From Octopus sinensis (taxonomy: Eukaryota), in assembly GCF_006345805.1 (NCBI RefSeq), contig NC_043006.1:24118001-24182000 (forward strand): DNA of 64,000 nucleotides, written 5' to 3'. The notes under the pieces were generated by a model that ran no database searches, had not been told where the DNA came from, and was given only the letters and a program-made list of their open reading frames with translations. Made by a program: the position numbers and the translations under genes. This document shows, one piece after another, positions 26,054 to 41,958 of this stretch. Position 1 is the first letter of the stretch, and each line of letters begins with the position of its first letter.

Positions 26054-27285
26054 GTCATTAAGAATGAAATGTCCGATTTTGAACTGAAAGTTTATTTTAC
26101 TTTATCTCAACAAAAAGCTATGCAGTTAATCAAAGTATGCACCTAAATTATCAACACAATTTTGTCATTTTATTGGTAACTTATGCCGGCAGCGAAGAAT
26201 TGTAGAGAGCAAGAGGTAATGAAATCAGGAAAGGCTGTTTTTGCATCTTCTTCAGATTTGAATATTTTACCTTGCAAAAAGTTGTCTAATGCCTGGAAAA
26301 TATGATAGCCAGTTGGCACAAGGTTTGGTGAATATGGTGGATGACAGAGTACTTCCAAGTTCAGTTCCTGTAACTTGAGTAGCTCTCCTTGTGCAACGTG
26401 GTTGAGCATTGTCTTGCAAGAGAATTGGCCGGTCTCTATTGACCAATCTTGGTTGTTTAATTGCAAGTTCACTCATCATTTCATCCAGTTGGTTGATGGA
26501 GACATCTGCTGTAATTGATTTACCTGGTCTCATGCAGCTGCAGTGGGTGACACCAGTGCTGGACCACCAAACAGACATCATTAACTTTTTTGGGGGAATA
26601 TTCTTTATTGGATTGTGTTTTGGCTCTTCGTCTCTATCTAACTACTATGCAGAATGCTTGCTATTGTTGAAAAGAATCCATTTTTCATCACATGTAGCAA
26701 TATGAGGCAAAAATGGTTTGCTTTCATGCCATGACAGAAAAGAACAGCAGGTTTCAAGATGACATGTCATTTGATAATCATTCAGTTCGTGTGGTACCCA
26801 CTTGTCCAGCTTCTTTACCTTGATGATTTGTTTCAGATGGACCAGTACAGCTGGAATTGAAGCATCTAACCTTGCTGCTAAGTCACGTGTAGTTTGAGAT
26901 GTATCCACTTCTGCTAGTTTCCAGCTCATCATTATACACCTTGGCTCAGGTCTACCATGGGGCTGATTTTTATGAGTAAATTCACTGGACTGGAACTGCT
27001 CAAACCATCGACATACAGTGTGCTCATTTGCCACATCTTCAGAAAACACCGCATTGATGTTTCGAGCCATCTGGGATGCATTGGTTCCACAACAAAACTC
27101 ATATTCATAAACGACAGGAATTTTTGATCAATACATTGGTTCACAAAAATTGATTTATAAGAGCAAACTCATAATATAATCAGACATCATCAATTGCATT
27201 TTGAAAAGTGATGTAACTCTTCAATGTTGTTAAACAAAGAATTGTCTGGATAAAACATTAAAGATAACAATTGTTTCTGTCTAAC
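26051..27285 (-). mobile_element. Near full-length degenerate mariner (Hsmar1/SETMAR-like transposase)
   Basis: KWVPHEL, TCDEKWIL, ILLQDNA, HPPYSPNLVPTGYHIF motifs across frameshifted ORFs. Confidence 0.92.
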
Positions 27286-27296
27286 AAATCCGTTCT

Positions 27297-27418
27297 CAAG
27301 GCTTTGGTCAGCCCGAGGCTATAGTAGAAGACACTTGCCCAAGATGCCATGCAGTTGGACTGAACACAGAACCATGTGGCTGGTATGCAAGCTACTTACC
27401 ATACAGCCACTCCTGTGC
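27297..27418 (-). mobile_element. SINE 5' fragment
   Basis: ggctttggtcagcccgaggctatagtagaagacacttg...cagccactcctgtgc. Confidence 0.75.
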
Positions 27419-27499
27419 TTATGCATGTATATATATAACACAGACTGTCCAACAAACATGAACATGAAACTATGAGTAACAGCTTTTCTGATGTCTTTA

Positions 27500-29965
<2,466 letters not shown>

Positions 29966-29967
29966 AT

Positions 29968-32456
29968 GAGCATGAAGACAGGGAAAGCCCCGGCCCATCA
30001 GGAATTACTGCAGAGATGCTCAAAATATCTGGCAGTGTCGGCTATAACCTAGTCACCCGTATAGTCAACCAGGTGATACACGAAGGAGTCATACCAATGA
30101 CTGGTGCAGCAGCATACTAGTCAACTGCTACAAAGGTAAAGGTGATGCCCTAGATACAAATAATTACAGAGGTATCAAGCTGTTGGATCAAGTAATGAAG
30201 GTTACGGAGAGGGTCATAGCCCAACTAATTAGAGAGAGAGTTAGTTTAGATGAGATGCAGTTTGGGTTCGTGCCAGGAAAAAGTACCACTGATGCTATAT
30301 TCCTGGTAAGGCAGCTGCAGGAGAAATACCTAGCCAAAGATAAGCCCCTGTACCTGGCTTTCGTTGACATGGAGAAAGCTTTTGATAGGGTCCCCCGATC
30401 CCTTATCTGGTGGTCAATGAGGAAACTAGGGATAGATGAATGGCTGGTGAGGACTGTGCAAGCCATGTACAGAGATGCCGTAAGTAAGGTTAGGGTTGGC
30501 AGCATGTACACAGAAGAATTCAAAGTAGAGGTTGGGGTCCACCAGGGTTCAGTACTCAGCCCCCTCCTATTTATCATAGTACTCCAGGCAATTACGGAGG
30601 AATTCAAGACAGGCTGTCCCTGGGAGCTCCTCTACGCTGACGACCTTGCTCTTATTGCTGAGTCACTATCAGAACTGGAGGAGAAGTTCCAGGTGTGGAA
30701 GGAGGGTTTAGAATCAAGGGGCCTTAGAGTCAACCTAGCTAAAACCAAAGTACTAATAAGTAGAAAGGTAGACATCCACAAATATCTTCAGGAAGATGGC
30801 CCTGCTCGATCTGTAGAAAAGGTGTAGGTAGAAACTCTATAAGATGTACCCAGTGTAAGCTATGGACACATAAGAGGTGCAGCAATGTCAAAGGTAGGCT
30901 AACTGGGAAGATAGTTTTTGTATGTGGCAGATGCTCGGGAGCATTAACCTCCGAAAATCTGCAGAAAACAACTTCCGTCACTTTCCAGGGGGAAAAACTA
31001 GAAGTAGTTGATAGCTTCCGTTATCTAGGTGACCAAGTCAGTAGTGGGGGTGGGTGCGCTGAAAGTGTAACTGCTAGAATAAGAATAGCCTGGGCAAAGT
31101 TTAGGGAGCTCTTACCTCTGCTGGTGACTAAAGGCCTCTCGCTCAGAGTAAAAGGCAGACTGTATGATGCGTGTGTACGAACAGCCATGCTACATGGCAG
31201 CGAAACATGGGCTGTGACTGCTGAGGACATGCGTAAGCTCGTGAGGAATGAAGCCAGTATGCTCCGATGGATGTGTAATGTCAGTGTACATACTCGACAG
31301 AGCGTTAGCACCTTGAGAGAAATGTTGTACCTAAGAAGCATCAGTTGTGGTGTGCAAGAGAGACGATTGCGCTGGTATGGTCATGTGGCGAGAATGGATG
31401 AAGATAGGTGTGTGAGAAAGTGCCAATCCCTAGCAGTTGAGGGAACCCGTGGAAGAGGTAGACCCAGGAAACCTGGGACGAGGTGGTGAAGCACGACCTT
31501 CGAACTTTAGGCCTCACTGAGGAAATGACCAGAGACCGAGACCTTTGGAAATATTCTGTACGTGAGAAGACCAGGCAGGACAAGTGAGCCCAGCCCACTT
31601 ATGAATGCCTTTCCTCCCTTGGACACAAAGACCGGTTGAGGCAAGCGAAGTCGATATAGAACCTCATCCGACGACAGACACCCATCCCAACCCCCCATGC
31701 TTGCGAAGACATGTTGGGGCAAGCGAAATCGAAACCGAATTGAACCAGCCAGGATCCCTGGCCTGGTGGTACGTAAAAAGCACTATCCGACTCGGGGCCG
31801 TGGCATGTAAAATACTCCAATGCGACCGTACGACAGGCACCCATGCCAACCCCCTTTGCTTGTGAAGACATGTTGGGGCAAGCGAAATCGAAATCGAATT
31901 GAACCAGCCAGGATCCCTGGTCTGGTGGTACGTAAAAAGCACTATCCGACTCGTGGCCGTGGCACGTAAAATACTCCAATGCGACCGTACGACAGGCACC
32001 CTTGCCAACCCCCTTTGCTTGTGAAGACATAAAATACTCCAATGCGACCGTACGACAGGCACCCTTGCCAACCCCCTTTGCTTGTGAAGACATGTTGGGG
32101 CAAGCGAAATCGAAATCGAATTGAACCAGCCAGGATCCCTGGTCTGGTGGTACGTAAAAAGCACTATCCGACTCGTGGCCGATGCCAGCACCGCCTCGAC
32201 TGGCTCCCGTGCCGGTGGCACATAAAATACCAATCTGACCGTGGCCGTTGCCAGCCCCGCCTGGCACCTGTGCAGGTGGCACGTAAAAAGCACCCACTAC
32301 ACTCACGGAGTGGTTGGCGTTAGGAAGGGCATCCATCTGTAGAACATTGCCAAATTACACTGGAGCCTGGTGCAGCCTTCTGGCTTCCCAGAACCCCGGT
32401 CGAACCGTCCAACCCATGCTAGCATGGAGAACTGACGTTAAACGACGATGATGATG
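29968..32456 (+). mobile_element. 5'-truncated RTE-clade LINE (RT domain, 3' UTR repeats, (GAT)n tail), frameshifted
   Basis: [16 protein letters not shown]...NYRGIKLL...QFGFVPGKST...FVDMEKAFDRV...GVHQGSVLSPLLF...YADD. Confidence 0.95.
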
Positions 32457-32553
32457 ATATATATGTATATATACATTTATATATATATATATTGTATATA
32501 TATATATATTATATGTATATATATTTATATATATATGTATATATATATATATG

Positions 32554-32595
<42 letters not shown>

Positions 32596-32738
32596 TTATA
32601 TATATATATGTTAATATACATTTATATATATATATATTGTATATATACATTTATATATATATATATATGTATATATACATTTATATATGTATATATATAT
32701 ATATATATAAGTATATATATATGTGTGTGTATATATAT

Positions 32739-32772
<34 letters not shown>

Positions 32773-32775
32773 TTT
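32457..32775. repeat. TA-rich microsatellite following the RTE tail
   Basis: (TA)n with catt/gtat interruptions. Confidence 0.9.
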
Positions 32776-32779
32776 TTAA

Positions 32780-34000
32780 GCAGGGATTGGAAGACAATGT
32801 ATGACCTATTAGTTTATTGAAAGTCATGAGAATTTATTTGCCACAAGAAAATTTACATAAAAGAAAATATTTTTATTCTATGTGTCCTCCTTTCTCAATA
32901 ACTGCCTTCACACGCTTCCAGAAACTTGCACAAGTGTTCCTCAATATTCAGGAGACAGCTCCTCCCATTCTTCTTTCATAGTATCTTTAAGAGAGTCGAC
33001 ATTGCTGTGTAATGTTCTATTTGTAGCATATTCTAAAACGCCCCAGACAGCATAATTCATAGGGATTAGATCTGGGCTATATGGCGGCCATAAACGTGAT
33101 TCCAAAAAATTGCTAAAGTTGGATTTGCAGAAATCTTGTATTTTTCTGGCTGTGTCCATACATAATTACCATCTGGGTAGTTTGCTTTAAGCCATGGCAA
33201 CACCTGGTATCTCAGTCTTGTAGTAAGTATTAACATTGATCTTTTTCATCAGCTTTGTAGAATTTTATAGGCATTTTCTTTCCATTGGAAGCCACAACAC
33301 CAGAAGCCATAACTTGAGATGGATGTTTTGTTTTGAATGTCTCCTTAACCTCAGCTGTCGATTTTGTCATTTCTGCAGTTCAGAACAGAATCGACAGTGA
33401 AGATCTTTTCATCTGAAAAGATTGTTCCAATGGAGGACTTTTTCTTGAACCATGTAATAATTTTCTTGCACCTTTCCAATCTCTTTTCCTTCATAGCTGT
33501 CGTCAACAAGTGTTTTGGTGTTCTTGAGTAAGAATTTAACCTCAAATCATATTTTACTGCATTTCTAATGGTCTTGTTATCTAACTCAAGTTCAATTGCC
33601 ATTTTTCTCATGGATTTGGTTGGATCCTTTAAGATTTTGGATTTGAGAGCGTTAATAAAAGCTCTGGTACGTATTTTGTTGATTCTTCCACTTCCAGACT
33701 TCCTCGTGATAGTTTCATTCATAGTCATTCTATTCTTTACATTATAAACAGTCTTTATGGACACTCCAACTATTCTTGAAATCTCCGTTGGTGTGACAAG
33801 GGCATTCAGCAAATCACACACTCTTTGATGTTTGCTTTCTTGATTACTCATATGGGCAAAAGTTTTGGAAAAGGTAAAGATAATAGTGTTAGGTATGATT
33901 ATAACATCAATATATGCTAGGTTTCAAAACAATTGACTTAGTGCCTACTGAGAAGAAACAACTTAATGTTCATTGTAAATTTTGCTTCCCCACCCTGTAT
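32780..34000 (-). mobile_element. Tc1/mariner superfamily transposon, maT/DD37D-like, degenerate
   Basis: RKSGSGR, IFSDEKIFTV..NCRND, WPPYSPDLIPMNYAVW; 5' TIR cagggtggggaagcaaaatttac at ~33977-33999 on the minus strand. Confidence 0.88.
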
Positions 34001-34009
34001 ATATGTATA

Positions 34010-34094
<85 letters not shown>

Positions 34095-34462
34095 GTATAT
34101 ATATGTATATGTATATATATGTATATGTATTATATGTATATGTATATATATGTATATGTAATATATGTATATTATATATAATGTATAGTTTATGTATGTA
34201 TATGTATATATATGTATATATATATAGTATGTATATGTAATATATGTATGTATATGTATATATGTATGTATATGTATATATATATCTATATGTATATATA
34301 TATATATATATCTATATGTATATGTATATATATCTATATGTATATATATCTATATGTATATGTATATATATCTATATGTATATATATATCTATATGTATA
34401 TGTATATATATCTATATGTATATGTATATATATATATATATGTATATGTGTATATGTATATG

Positions 34463-34515
<53 letters not shown>

Positions 34516-34646
34516 GTATATATATATATGTATATGTATATGTATATATATATATGTATATATATATGTATATATATGTATATATATATATGTATATATA
34601 TATATGTATATGTATATGTATGTATATATATATATATATATATATA
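34000..34646. repeat. TA/TATG microsatellite including ~26-bp units
   Basis: tatatatctatatgtatatgta repeats at 34280-34420. Confidence 0.9.
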
Positions 34647-35487
34647 GTAGCAGAATTGCCCGGCGTTGCTCGGGGCTGAATTGCTTGAAAGTACTGTTAA
34701 TGATTGCACTGAATTATGATGATTATTCAGGCAAATATTGATATAAGTTTACGGTGGGAGATAAGGACTTAACGATCAAACGTGTGCCATTGCATTGTTT
34801 TGGGGGAACCAAATTTCTGATGAGCATTATAGGGGCACTAACTTTAAGTTTGAGAAAGTGTGGTGGTAGTCCAGGGTGCTCAAAGGAATTGAGTACTTCT
34901 ATTGGATAGTTGATGACGTCCTCTGGGTCAGGAGTTGTATCGATAGACTGATATACATAGACTTCCCCAGGAATGAGTTTTAGCATTTCATCATTAATAT
35001 GGTGACAGTTTTATTCCTTCCTGGGGCCAGTATAGCCTTTTTGCCAATCCAATCCATATTCTGATAATTAGCTTGTAGATCTGGGAACACTGCATCTCTG
35101 AAATCAGAAGGCGTCTTAACAATGGTACAAATGGAATCGATGGCAATATTACCATTTTCATCCCCTGGTATTTTGCCTTCGCCAAGTGCAAGGAGGGTGT
35201 GAGGAAATGCTGCTGATGTGATATTATGTCGCATATGAGCATGCATATTGGTGTGAAGTTTGGGAGTTACTTCCCTTTATTAAAAAAAATACGCATTAAA
35301 ATGGAAAAAATGATGGTAAATTATTTGTAAAATCGTAGACTCATCGTAGACGCGCGCTAATACCCAGAGGGCTCGATATGAATCACGACTATAAGATACC
35401 CGGTTTTGGTTAAACTGCATCGCAAAGTGGGAGTAGTTAGGAATCTCAATCGGAGTAGACAGACACACACCTTTCTTTTATATATAA
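34647..35487 (-). mobile_element. Deleted Helitron retaining Pif1 helicase remnants
   Basis: LLALGEG...AILAP and YQSIDT...YPIEVLNSFEHPGLPPHFLKLKVSAPIMLIRNL...CNGTRL; 3' hairpin cccgagcaacgccggg then ctac. Confidence 0.9.
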
Positions 35488-35490
35488 TAT

Positions 35491-36167
35491 TTTCGTCCTA
35501 AAAAACTTTGTATGAATTGAATGGTTACCTCTATGGAAATATATACACGCACATTATACATACATGTGTGTATAGATGGATATATAAATACATTTAAATA
35601 TCTATATACACTTTTGGGCGATCTTTCTGTTTCTTAGAGATAACTTTAGATCTTATTTTCGTCTCTAAAAAACTTTGTATGGAGTGAATGGTTACCTCTA
35701 TGGAAATATATACACACACGTTATACATACATGTGTGCATAGATGAATATATAAATACATTTATATATCTATATACACTTTTGGGTGATCTTTGTGCTAC
35801 TTAGAGATAACTTTAGATCTTATTTTCGTCCTAAAAAACTTTGTGCGGAGTGAATGGTTACGTCTATGGAAATATATACACACACATTATACATACATCT
35901 GTGTATAGATGAATATATAAATACATTTAAATATCTATATACACTTTTGGGCGATCTTTCTGCTACTTGTATATACTTTAGATCTTATATTCGTCCTAAA
36001 AAACTTTGTATGGAGTGAAAGGTTACCTCTATGGAAATATATACAACGCATTATACATACATCTGTGTATAGATGAATATAATACATTTAAATATCTATA
36101 TACACTTTTGGGCGATCTTTCTGCTACTTGGATATACTTTAGGTCTTATATTCGTCCTAAAAAACTT
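35491..36167. repeat. ~165-bp tandem repeat, 4 full units plus a partial
   Basis: ttcgtc(c/t)...aaaaactttg anchors at about 35494, 35660, 35827, 35992 and 36153. Confidence 0.92.
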
Positions 36168-36299
36168 TCCTGTCACACACTCACACACGCACACACACAC
36201 ACGCACACACACACATACACCCTCACACACACGCACACACACACATTCACGCACACACACACACACACGTTAGCTTACTGTGTAAAGAGGAAGTGGGAA

Positions 36300-36635
36300 T
36301 GCAGAGTGAAAGAGTCACTCACTACAAAAAGTGAATTACTTTCACTTTAATCGTTGGGAGAAATTAGGGTGATAGCGTCAGTAAAACAGTTCGCTCCGTT
36401 TATGTGTGTGTGCTGTAGCCCACACTAAGAAAAGCACTTGACATTCACACCACAATGTGAGTTTTCTCTAAGTTTTGCTTAATTGGGGTTGAAATTTTAA
36501 AAACTGGACCTGGCACGACCCGATGCATTCTACTCTTAAAAATGCTAGGTAAATTGTAATTGAAGAAATCCTATATTGTAGATTTCTATAAGAGACAGCG
36601 GGAGGCAGATAAAATCTGCCTTTTATAATAAGAGA
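36300..36635 (-). mobile_element. Helitron-like 5' end
   Basis: Minus strand starts TCTCTTATTATAAAAGGCAGATTTTATCTGCCTCCC; same family at 36913 and 44554. Confidence 0.65.
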
Positions 36636-36769
36636 TATATATATGTATATGTATATATAAATATATGTATATATAGATATATATATGTATATGTATATCT
36701 ATATATATATGTATAGTATATATGTATATATATATGTATATATATATATATAGTATTGTATATATATAT

Positions 36770-36854
<85 letters not shown>

Positions 36855-36912
36855 ATGGTATATATATATATATATATATGTATATGTATATATATGTATA
36901 TATATATATGTA

Positions 36913-37390
36913 TCTCTTATTATAAAAGGCAGATTTTATCTGCCTCCCTTTGTCAGTTATAGAAATCTACAATATAGGATTTCTTCAATTACAATTTCTT
37001 CAATTACAATTTACCTAGCATTTTTAAGAGTAGAATGCATCGGGTCATGCCAGGTCCAGTTTTTAAAATTTAAACTCCAATAAGCAAAATTTACAGAAAA
37101 CTCACATTCTGGTGTGTATGTCAATGCTTTTCTTAATGTGGTTTACACCACACGCACACACAGTGTGCAACGAATAAAATGAAAGTAATTCACTGTGTGT
37201 GTGTTGACAGGTAGACAATAGAATGCGATGGCGATGGCGATGTAATATTTGTTTCTGTCTATCACGCTGATAGATACATGAGTAAAATGTATGGCAAGCT
37301 AAGAGATAAGAGTGAGTGAAAATGTTCTTGGAAGAGAGTAAATAGCAAGAGTGATTTGAGGAAGACTTTACATTAAATAACCGTAGTGGC
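36913..37390 (+). mobile_element. Helitron-like 5' end, inverted relative to 36300-36635
   Basis: tctcttattataaaaggcagattttatctgcctccc; ~230 bp reverse-complementary to 36400-36635. Confidence 0.65.
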
Positions 37391-37394
37391 TTGT

Positions 37395-37670
37395 AATATA
37401 TACATACATAAGACAGTAAGGTGTGATTTGAGGGAGATTTGGCTGCTATTTCTACCATGTCTAGCTGCCATGTAGGGGTCTCCCTCATAGGCTCATACAT
37501 ACATATATTACATAGATAAGACAGTAAGGTGTGATTGGGGGAATTTGGCTGCTATTTCTACCAGGTCTAGCTACCATGTAGAGGTCCCCCTCATTGGCTC
37601 ATATATATATACATACATAAGACAGTAAGGTGTGATTTGAGGGAGATTTGGCTGCTGTTTCTACCAGGTC
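37395..37670 (+). repeat. Three tandem copies of a ~100-bp repeat fragment
   Basis: agacagtaaggtgtgatt...gatttggctgctatttctacca at ~37411, ~37519 and ~37620. Confidence 0.8.
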
Positions 37671-37754
37671 TGTTAGGCCTTCTCATGTAAACTCAAGCTT
37701 TCTCATGCCTTGAACATAAGACCAAAGCAGAGAATGTATTCTTTTATTCTTCTG

Positions 37755-37950
37755 CTTTTTCCAGCCATGCTGGGGCAATGCCTTGAAGAATTGTAGTTTA
37801 ATGAATCAACTCCAGTTTTATTTTTGTAAGCATTGTACTTATTCTATCTGTTTCCTTTGTCAAACCACTAGGTGACAGGGATGTAAACAAACCAACATTC
37901 GTTGTCAAGCAGTGGTGGAGGACAATCACAAACACAGACACGCACACACA
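37755..37950 (-). mobile_element. Diverged SINE 3' half
   Basis: gccatgctggggcaatgcc...gtacttattctatc...gttgtcaagc aligns with 47900-48060. Confidence 0.65.
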
Positions 37951-38024
37951 CACACATACATGCATACACATATACACACATGCATACATACATACATATA
38001 TATATATGTGTGTATATATATATA

Positions 38025-38269
38025 TTGCAGCGTGGAAGGTGTTTGTAAGCCATTTAAGAAACACACAAAACTGTTAGATTCACTTCCACATTTAAATTTA
38101 ATTTGCCAAAATATTTGAGACCGCGAACTGTTCACTGACAAAAATATCGTGCTAACAGGTCGCGTTCTCAAAGCGACGAAAATTTTGACAAATTAAATTA
38201 AATGTTGAAGTGAATCTAACGGTTTTTGTGTTTTTCTTAAATGGCTTATAAACACCTTCAACGCTGCAA
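38025..38269. repeat. Foldback element with ~85-bp inverted arms
   Basis: ttgcagcgtggaaggtgtttgtaagccatttaagaaa... pairs with ...tttcttaaatggcttataaacaccttcaacgctgcaa. Confidence 0.85.
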
Positions 38270-38363
38270 CTGTTTTCGTTCCAGCACATGATCTCAGATC
38301 AAGTCACTTGCTATGCAAGTACATCTCTGTAACTATATATATATTTATATATATAATATATAT

Positions 38364-38396
<33 letters not shown>

Positions 38397-38468
38397 GTAT
38401 ATTGGTAAAAACAGTAAGATAACAAAAAAAGAAAGAAAGAGATCTCAATATTATGTAAATAGAGGAAA

Positions 38469-38853
38469 TCTTTATATATAAAAGTGAGGTTGTGTGTCGT
38501 CTCCTACGATTTAGATTCCTAACTACTCCCACATTTTGCGGTGCAGTTTAACCAAAACCGGTATCTTATAGTCGTGATTCATATCGAGACCGTCTGGGTA
38601 TTAGCGCGCGTCTACGATGAGTCTACGATTTAAAAAAAAATTACCATCAATTTTTCCCATTTTTAATCCATTTTTGACATATATAAGGGAAGTAACTCTC
38701 TAAAATTTATTATTAAATCTCAGAACTAAAAAGCTACAGTCACGTAACCCCGCTTTGTGGTTAGCATATTGAGATGGCTATTATACTTTACATCTAAAAA
38801 ATGCTTATAATTATTCCCTTACAAACCCGAGCAACGCCGGGCGATACTGCTAG
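38469..38853 (+). mobile_element. Complete 385-bp non-autonomous Helitron
   Basis: 5' TC, 3' hairpin cccgagcaacgccggg + CTAG, inserted between A and T; 5' part homologous to 35250-35470. Confidence 0.85.
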
Positions 38854-38986
38854 TATATATATATGTATGTATATATATATATATGTATATATATGTATGT
38901 GTATATATGTATGTGTATATATATGTATATATATGTATATATATATATATATGTATGTGTATATATGTATGTGTATATATATATGT

Positions 38987-39040
<54 letters not shown>

Positions 39041-39094
39041 GTATATGTATATATATGTATGTGTATATATATAGTAATGTATATATAATGTATA

Positions 39095-39125
<31 letters not shown>

Positions 39126-39964
39126 TGTATGTATGTATATATGTATATGTATATATATATATGTATATGTATATATATACGTATATATATACATATTATA
39201 TATATGTATATATATATATGTATATATATAATACACACATTATATATATATATATATTATATATATATATATAATAATATAGTGTAATAAATAAAATATA
39301 TGCATAGATACATATATGTACGTACCTACATCTACATGTATATATACATGCATATATAAATATATATACGTGAGTATAGGACACCACAAATAGACGCAGA
39401 ACTCAACGAGAACGAAAACGTAAAAACAAGCATGGAATGAACCTTTTTTTTACAAAGAAAAAACAGAGTACTAGACAAACTACACAAGGAAAAATCTCCT
39501 TAACACGACTCGTCGAACTAGCCCTTCCTGAGAAGAAATTAAAGGAAATTACTTCGCAGAGGGGTAAAAACAAGGAAGGAACAAAATGTGACACAAACAG
39601 GACGTAAAAACGAAATTAAAATGCAATTACAAAAAAATACAATACAAGAAATAAAAACACACAAGAAAACAACCAAAGAGGGCCTTTTTTGCCTAGACGA
39701 GGAGAGATTCAAGGAGCGGAAGAAAACCGTGTGTTTACAGTTAGAAGGCCGCATGCAAAAGGAAGTATTTGGCCGGCTGTGAGAGAGATGAGGAGGAGTG
39801 AGAGAGAGAGAAAGGGAGAGAAGGGAAGGTTAAATGTATATATACATATACATATGTATATATGTATATATACATATATATATGTATATTTATATATGTA
39901 TATATATATATATATGTATATTTATATGTACATATATATATGTATAAAAGATATATATAAAAAT

Positions 39965-41010
39965 ACAAATGGGACAAGAACGCAAAACATTCAAATAGAC
40001 GACACAAAAAATGGATGGGTCATTCGAAGCCTCTAATCTTCAGTCAAGAACCGGATCATCCTCGCAATTTTGGCTGATTAATCTTGAGATCGCTCCAATC
40101 CGGCCAGCCCCAAGGAAAAACTAAGCTACGAGCATTAGATTTCTTGGAAAAAGGATCGGATGTATACTAAACAAGGACAGAAAAATGGACGATGCCACAC
40201 GAATATAAATACAAAAAACAAAAGGTAATACGAATATAAATACAAAAAACAATAACAATAATAATAATAACAGGACAAAAACAACAGGCTTCTTTCGACT
40301 TTAGACATTTCAACTTAGCTTAGCTGGCATATTTGAAAAATAATGCCTTACGGCAGACGAAAAGATAGATGTTGTCGTGGCGGTGCTCAGAAGCTGAAAG
40401 GCTATATAGTTGACCGGCGGTCACGTGAGAAGAGAAGAGAGAGAAAAAAAAGGGGCAAAGGAATCAAAGAGAGAGAGAAAAAGAGGGACAAAGGCACCAA
40501 AGAGGGGGAGAAGATATATATATATATGCATGTGTGGAGGCGCAATGGCCCAGTGGTTAGGGCATATGTATATATATTTGTATGTATATATGTATATCTA
40601 TATGTATGTATATATAAGAGAACAAAGTGTATGTACGCTGCTATATATATATAGATAAAAAATAGAAAATTGGACAAGAACGCAAAACATCTGGACAACT
40701 AGGTGATAGAAAAAGGGACAACAAAACATCCAGATAGACGATACAAGAAAAACAAGGACGGGTCATTCGAAACTTTCTATCCTCAGTTAAGGACCAGATG
40801 ATCCTTGCAATTTCGGCTGATTAATCTTGAGATTGCTCCAATCTGGCCAGCCTCAAGGAAAAACTAAGCTAAGAGCATTAGATTCCTTGGAAGAAAGCAT
40901 CGAATGTATACAAAAACAAGGATGGAAAAACAGACGATGTTGCAAAAATATAAATACAAAATACAACAAAAAAAAATAATAATAACAGGACTTAACAACA
41001 GGTGTCTTTC
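39965..41010 (-). mobile_element. Two diverged tandem copies of a Penelope-tail-like repeat
   Basis: 39965-40290 and 40645-41010 share ggacaagaacgcaaaacat...ggtcattcgaa...ggctgattaatcttgagat...gagcattagatt. Confidence 0.55.
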
Positions 41011-41169
41011 GACTGGGGACGAATTGAATTCAGCTGGCATGTGCGGAAATGAAGCCTTATGGCAGAGATACAAAACTTTCACAAATACAGGGAAGAATAT
41101 CGATGTGGCAGTGACCACAGTTAGAGGCAAAAAGAGGGCTAACAGTCTGGCCTATTGGTCACATGCCGT

Positions 41170-41575
41170 GGAATGTTAGAAGCATCATCCAAATGTGATT
41201 GTTGCCAATGCTGCCAACTGGCTCCCCTGACAGTGGCACGTAAAAAGCTCATTTCAAGTGTGATCGTTGCCAGCATCGCATTACTGGTATCTGTGCCGGT
41301 GGCACGTGAAAAACGACAATTAAGTGTGGTTGTTGCCAGTGCCGCTGAACTGGCTCCTGTGCAAGTGGCACATAAAAAGCGTCATTTGAGCGTGGTCGTA
41401 GCCATTACCACCTGACTGGCCCTCGTGCTGTTGGCACGTAAAGGAATCCAATACACTCTCAGAGTGGTTGGCATTAGGAAGGGCATCCAGCTGTAGAAAC
41501 TTTGCCTGATCAGATTGTAGTCAGACAGTTTAACTTATGCCAGCAGGGTAAGCGGACGTTAAATGATGATAATGA
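41170..41575 (+). mobile_element. RTE-related 3' UTR fragment
   Basis: Repeated tggcacgtaaaaagc, ttaggaagggcatccagctgtagaaac, GAT-like tail. Confidence 0.75.
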
Positions 41576-41807
41576 TATGTATGTATGTATGTATATATAT
41601 ATAGTATATATATATATATATATATATATGCATAAGGTATAAGTGTATATATATGTATATATAAGTGTGTATATATATGTATATATATGTGTATATATAT
41701 GTGTATATATATGTATGTATATATATGTGTATATATATGTATGTTATATATGTATATTATATATATGTATATATATAAGTGTATATAAATGTATATATAT
41801 GTGTATA

Positions 41808-41860
<53 letters not shown>

Positions 41861-41958
41861 GTGTGTATATATATATATATATATGTATATGTGTATATAT
41901 ATGTGTATATATATATGTGCATATGTATATATATATATTATATATATATATGTATATA

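Noticed and set aside
40537-40562. ggaggcgcaatggcccagtggttagggca as a tRNA gene
   Set aside because: Only the 5' ~25 nt are present with no anticodon or T arm; a truncated SINE head
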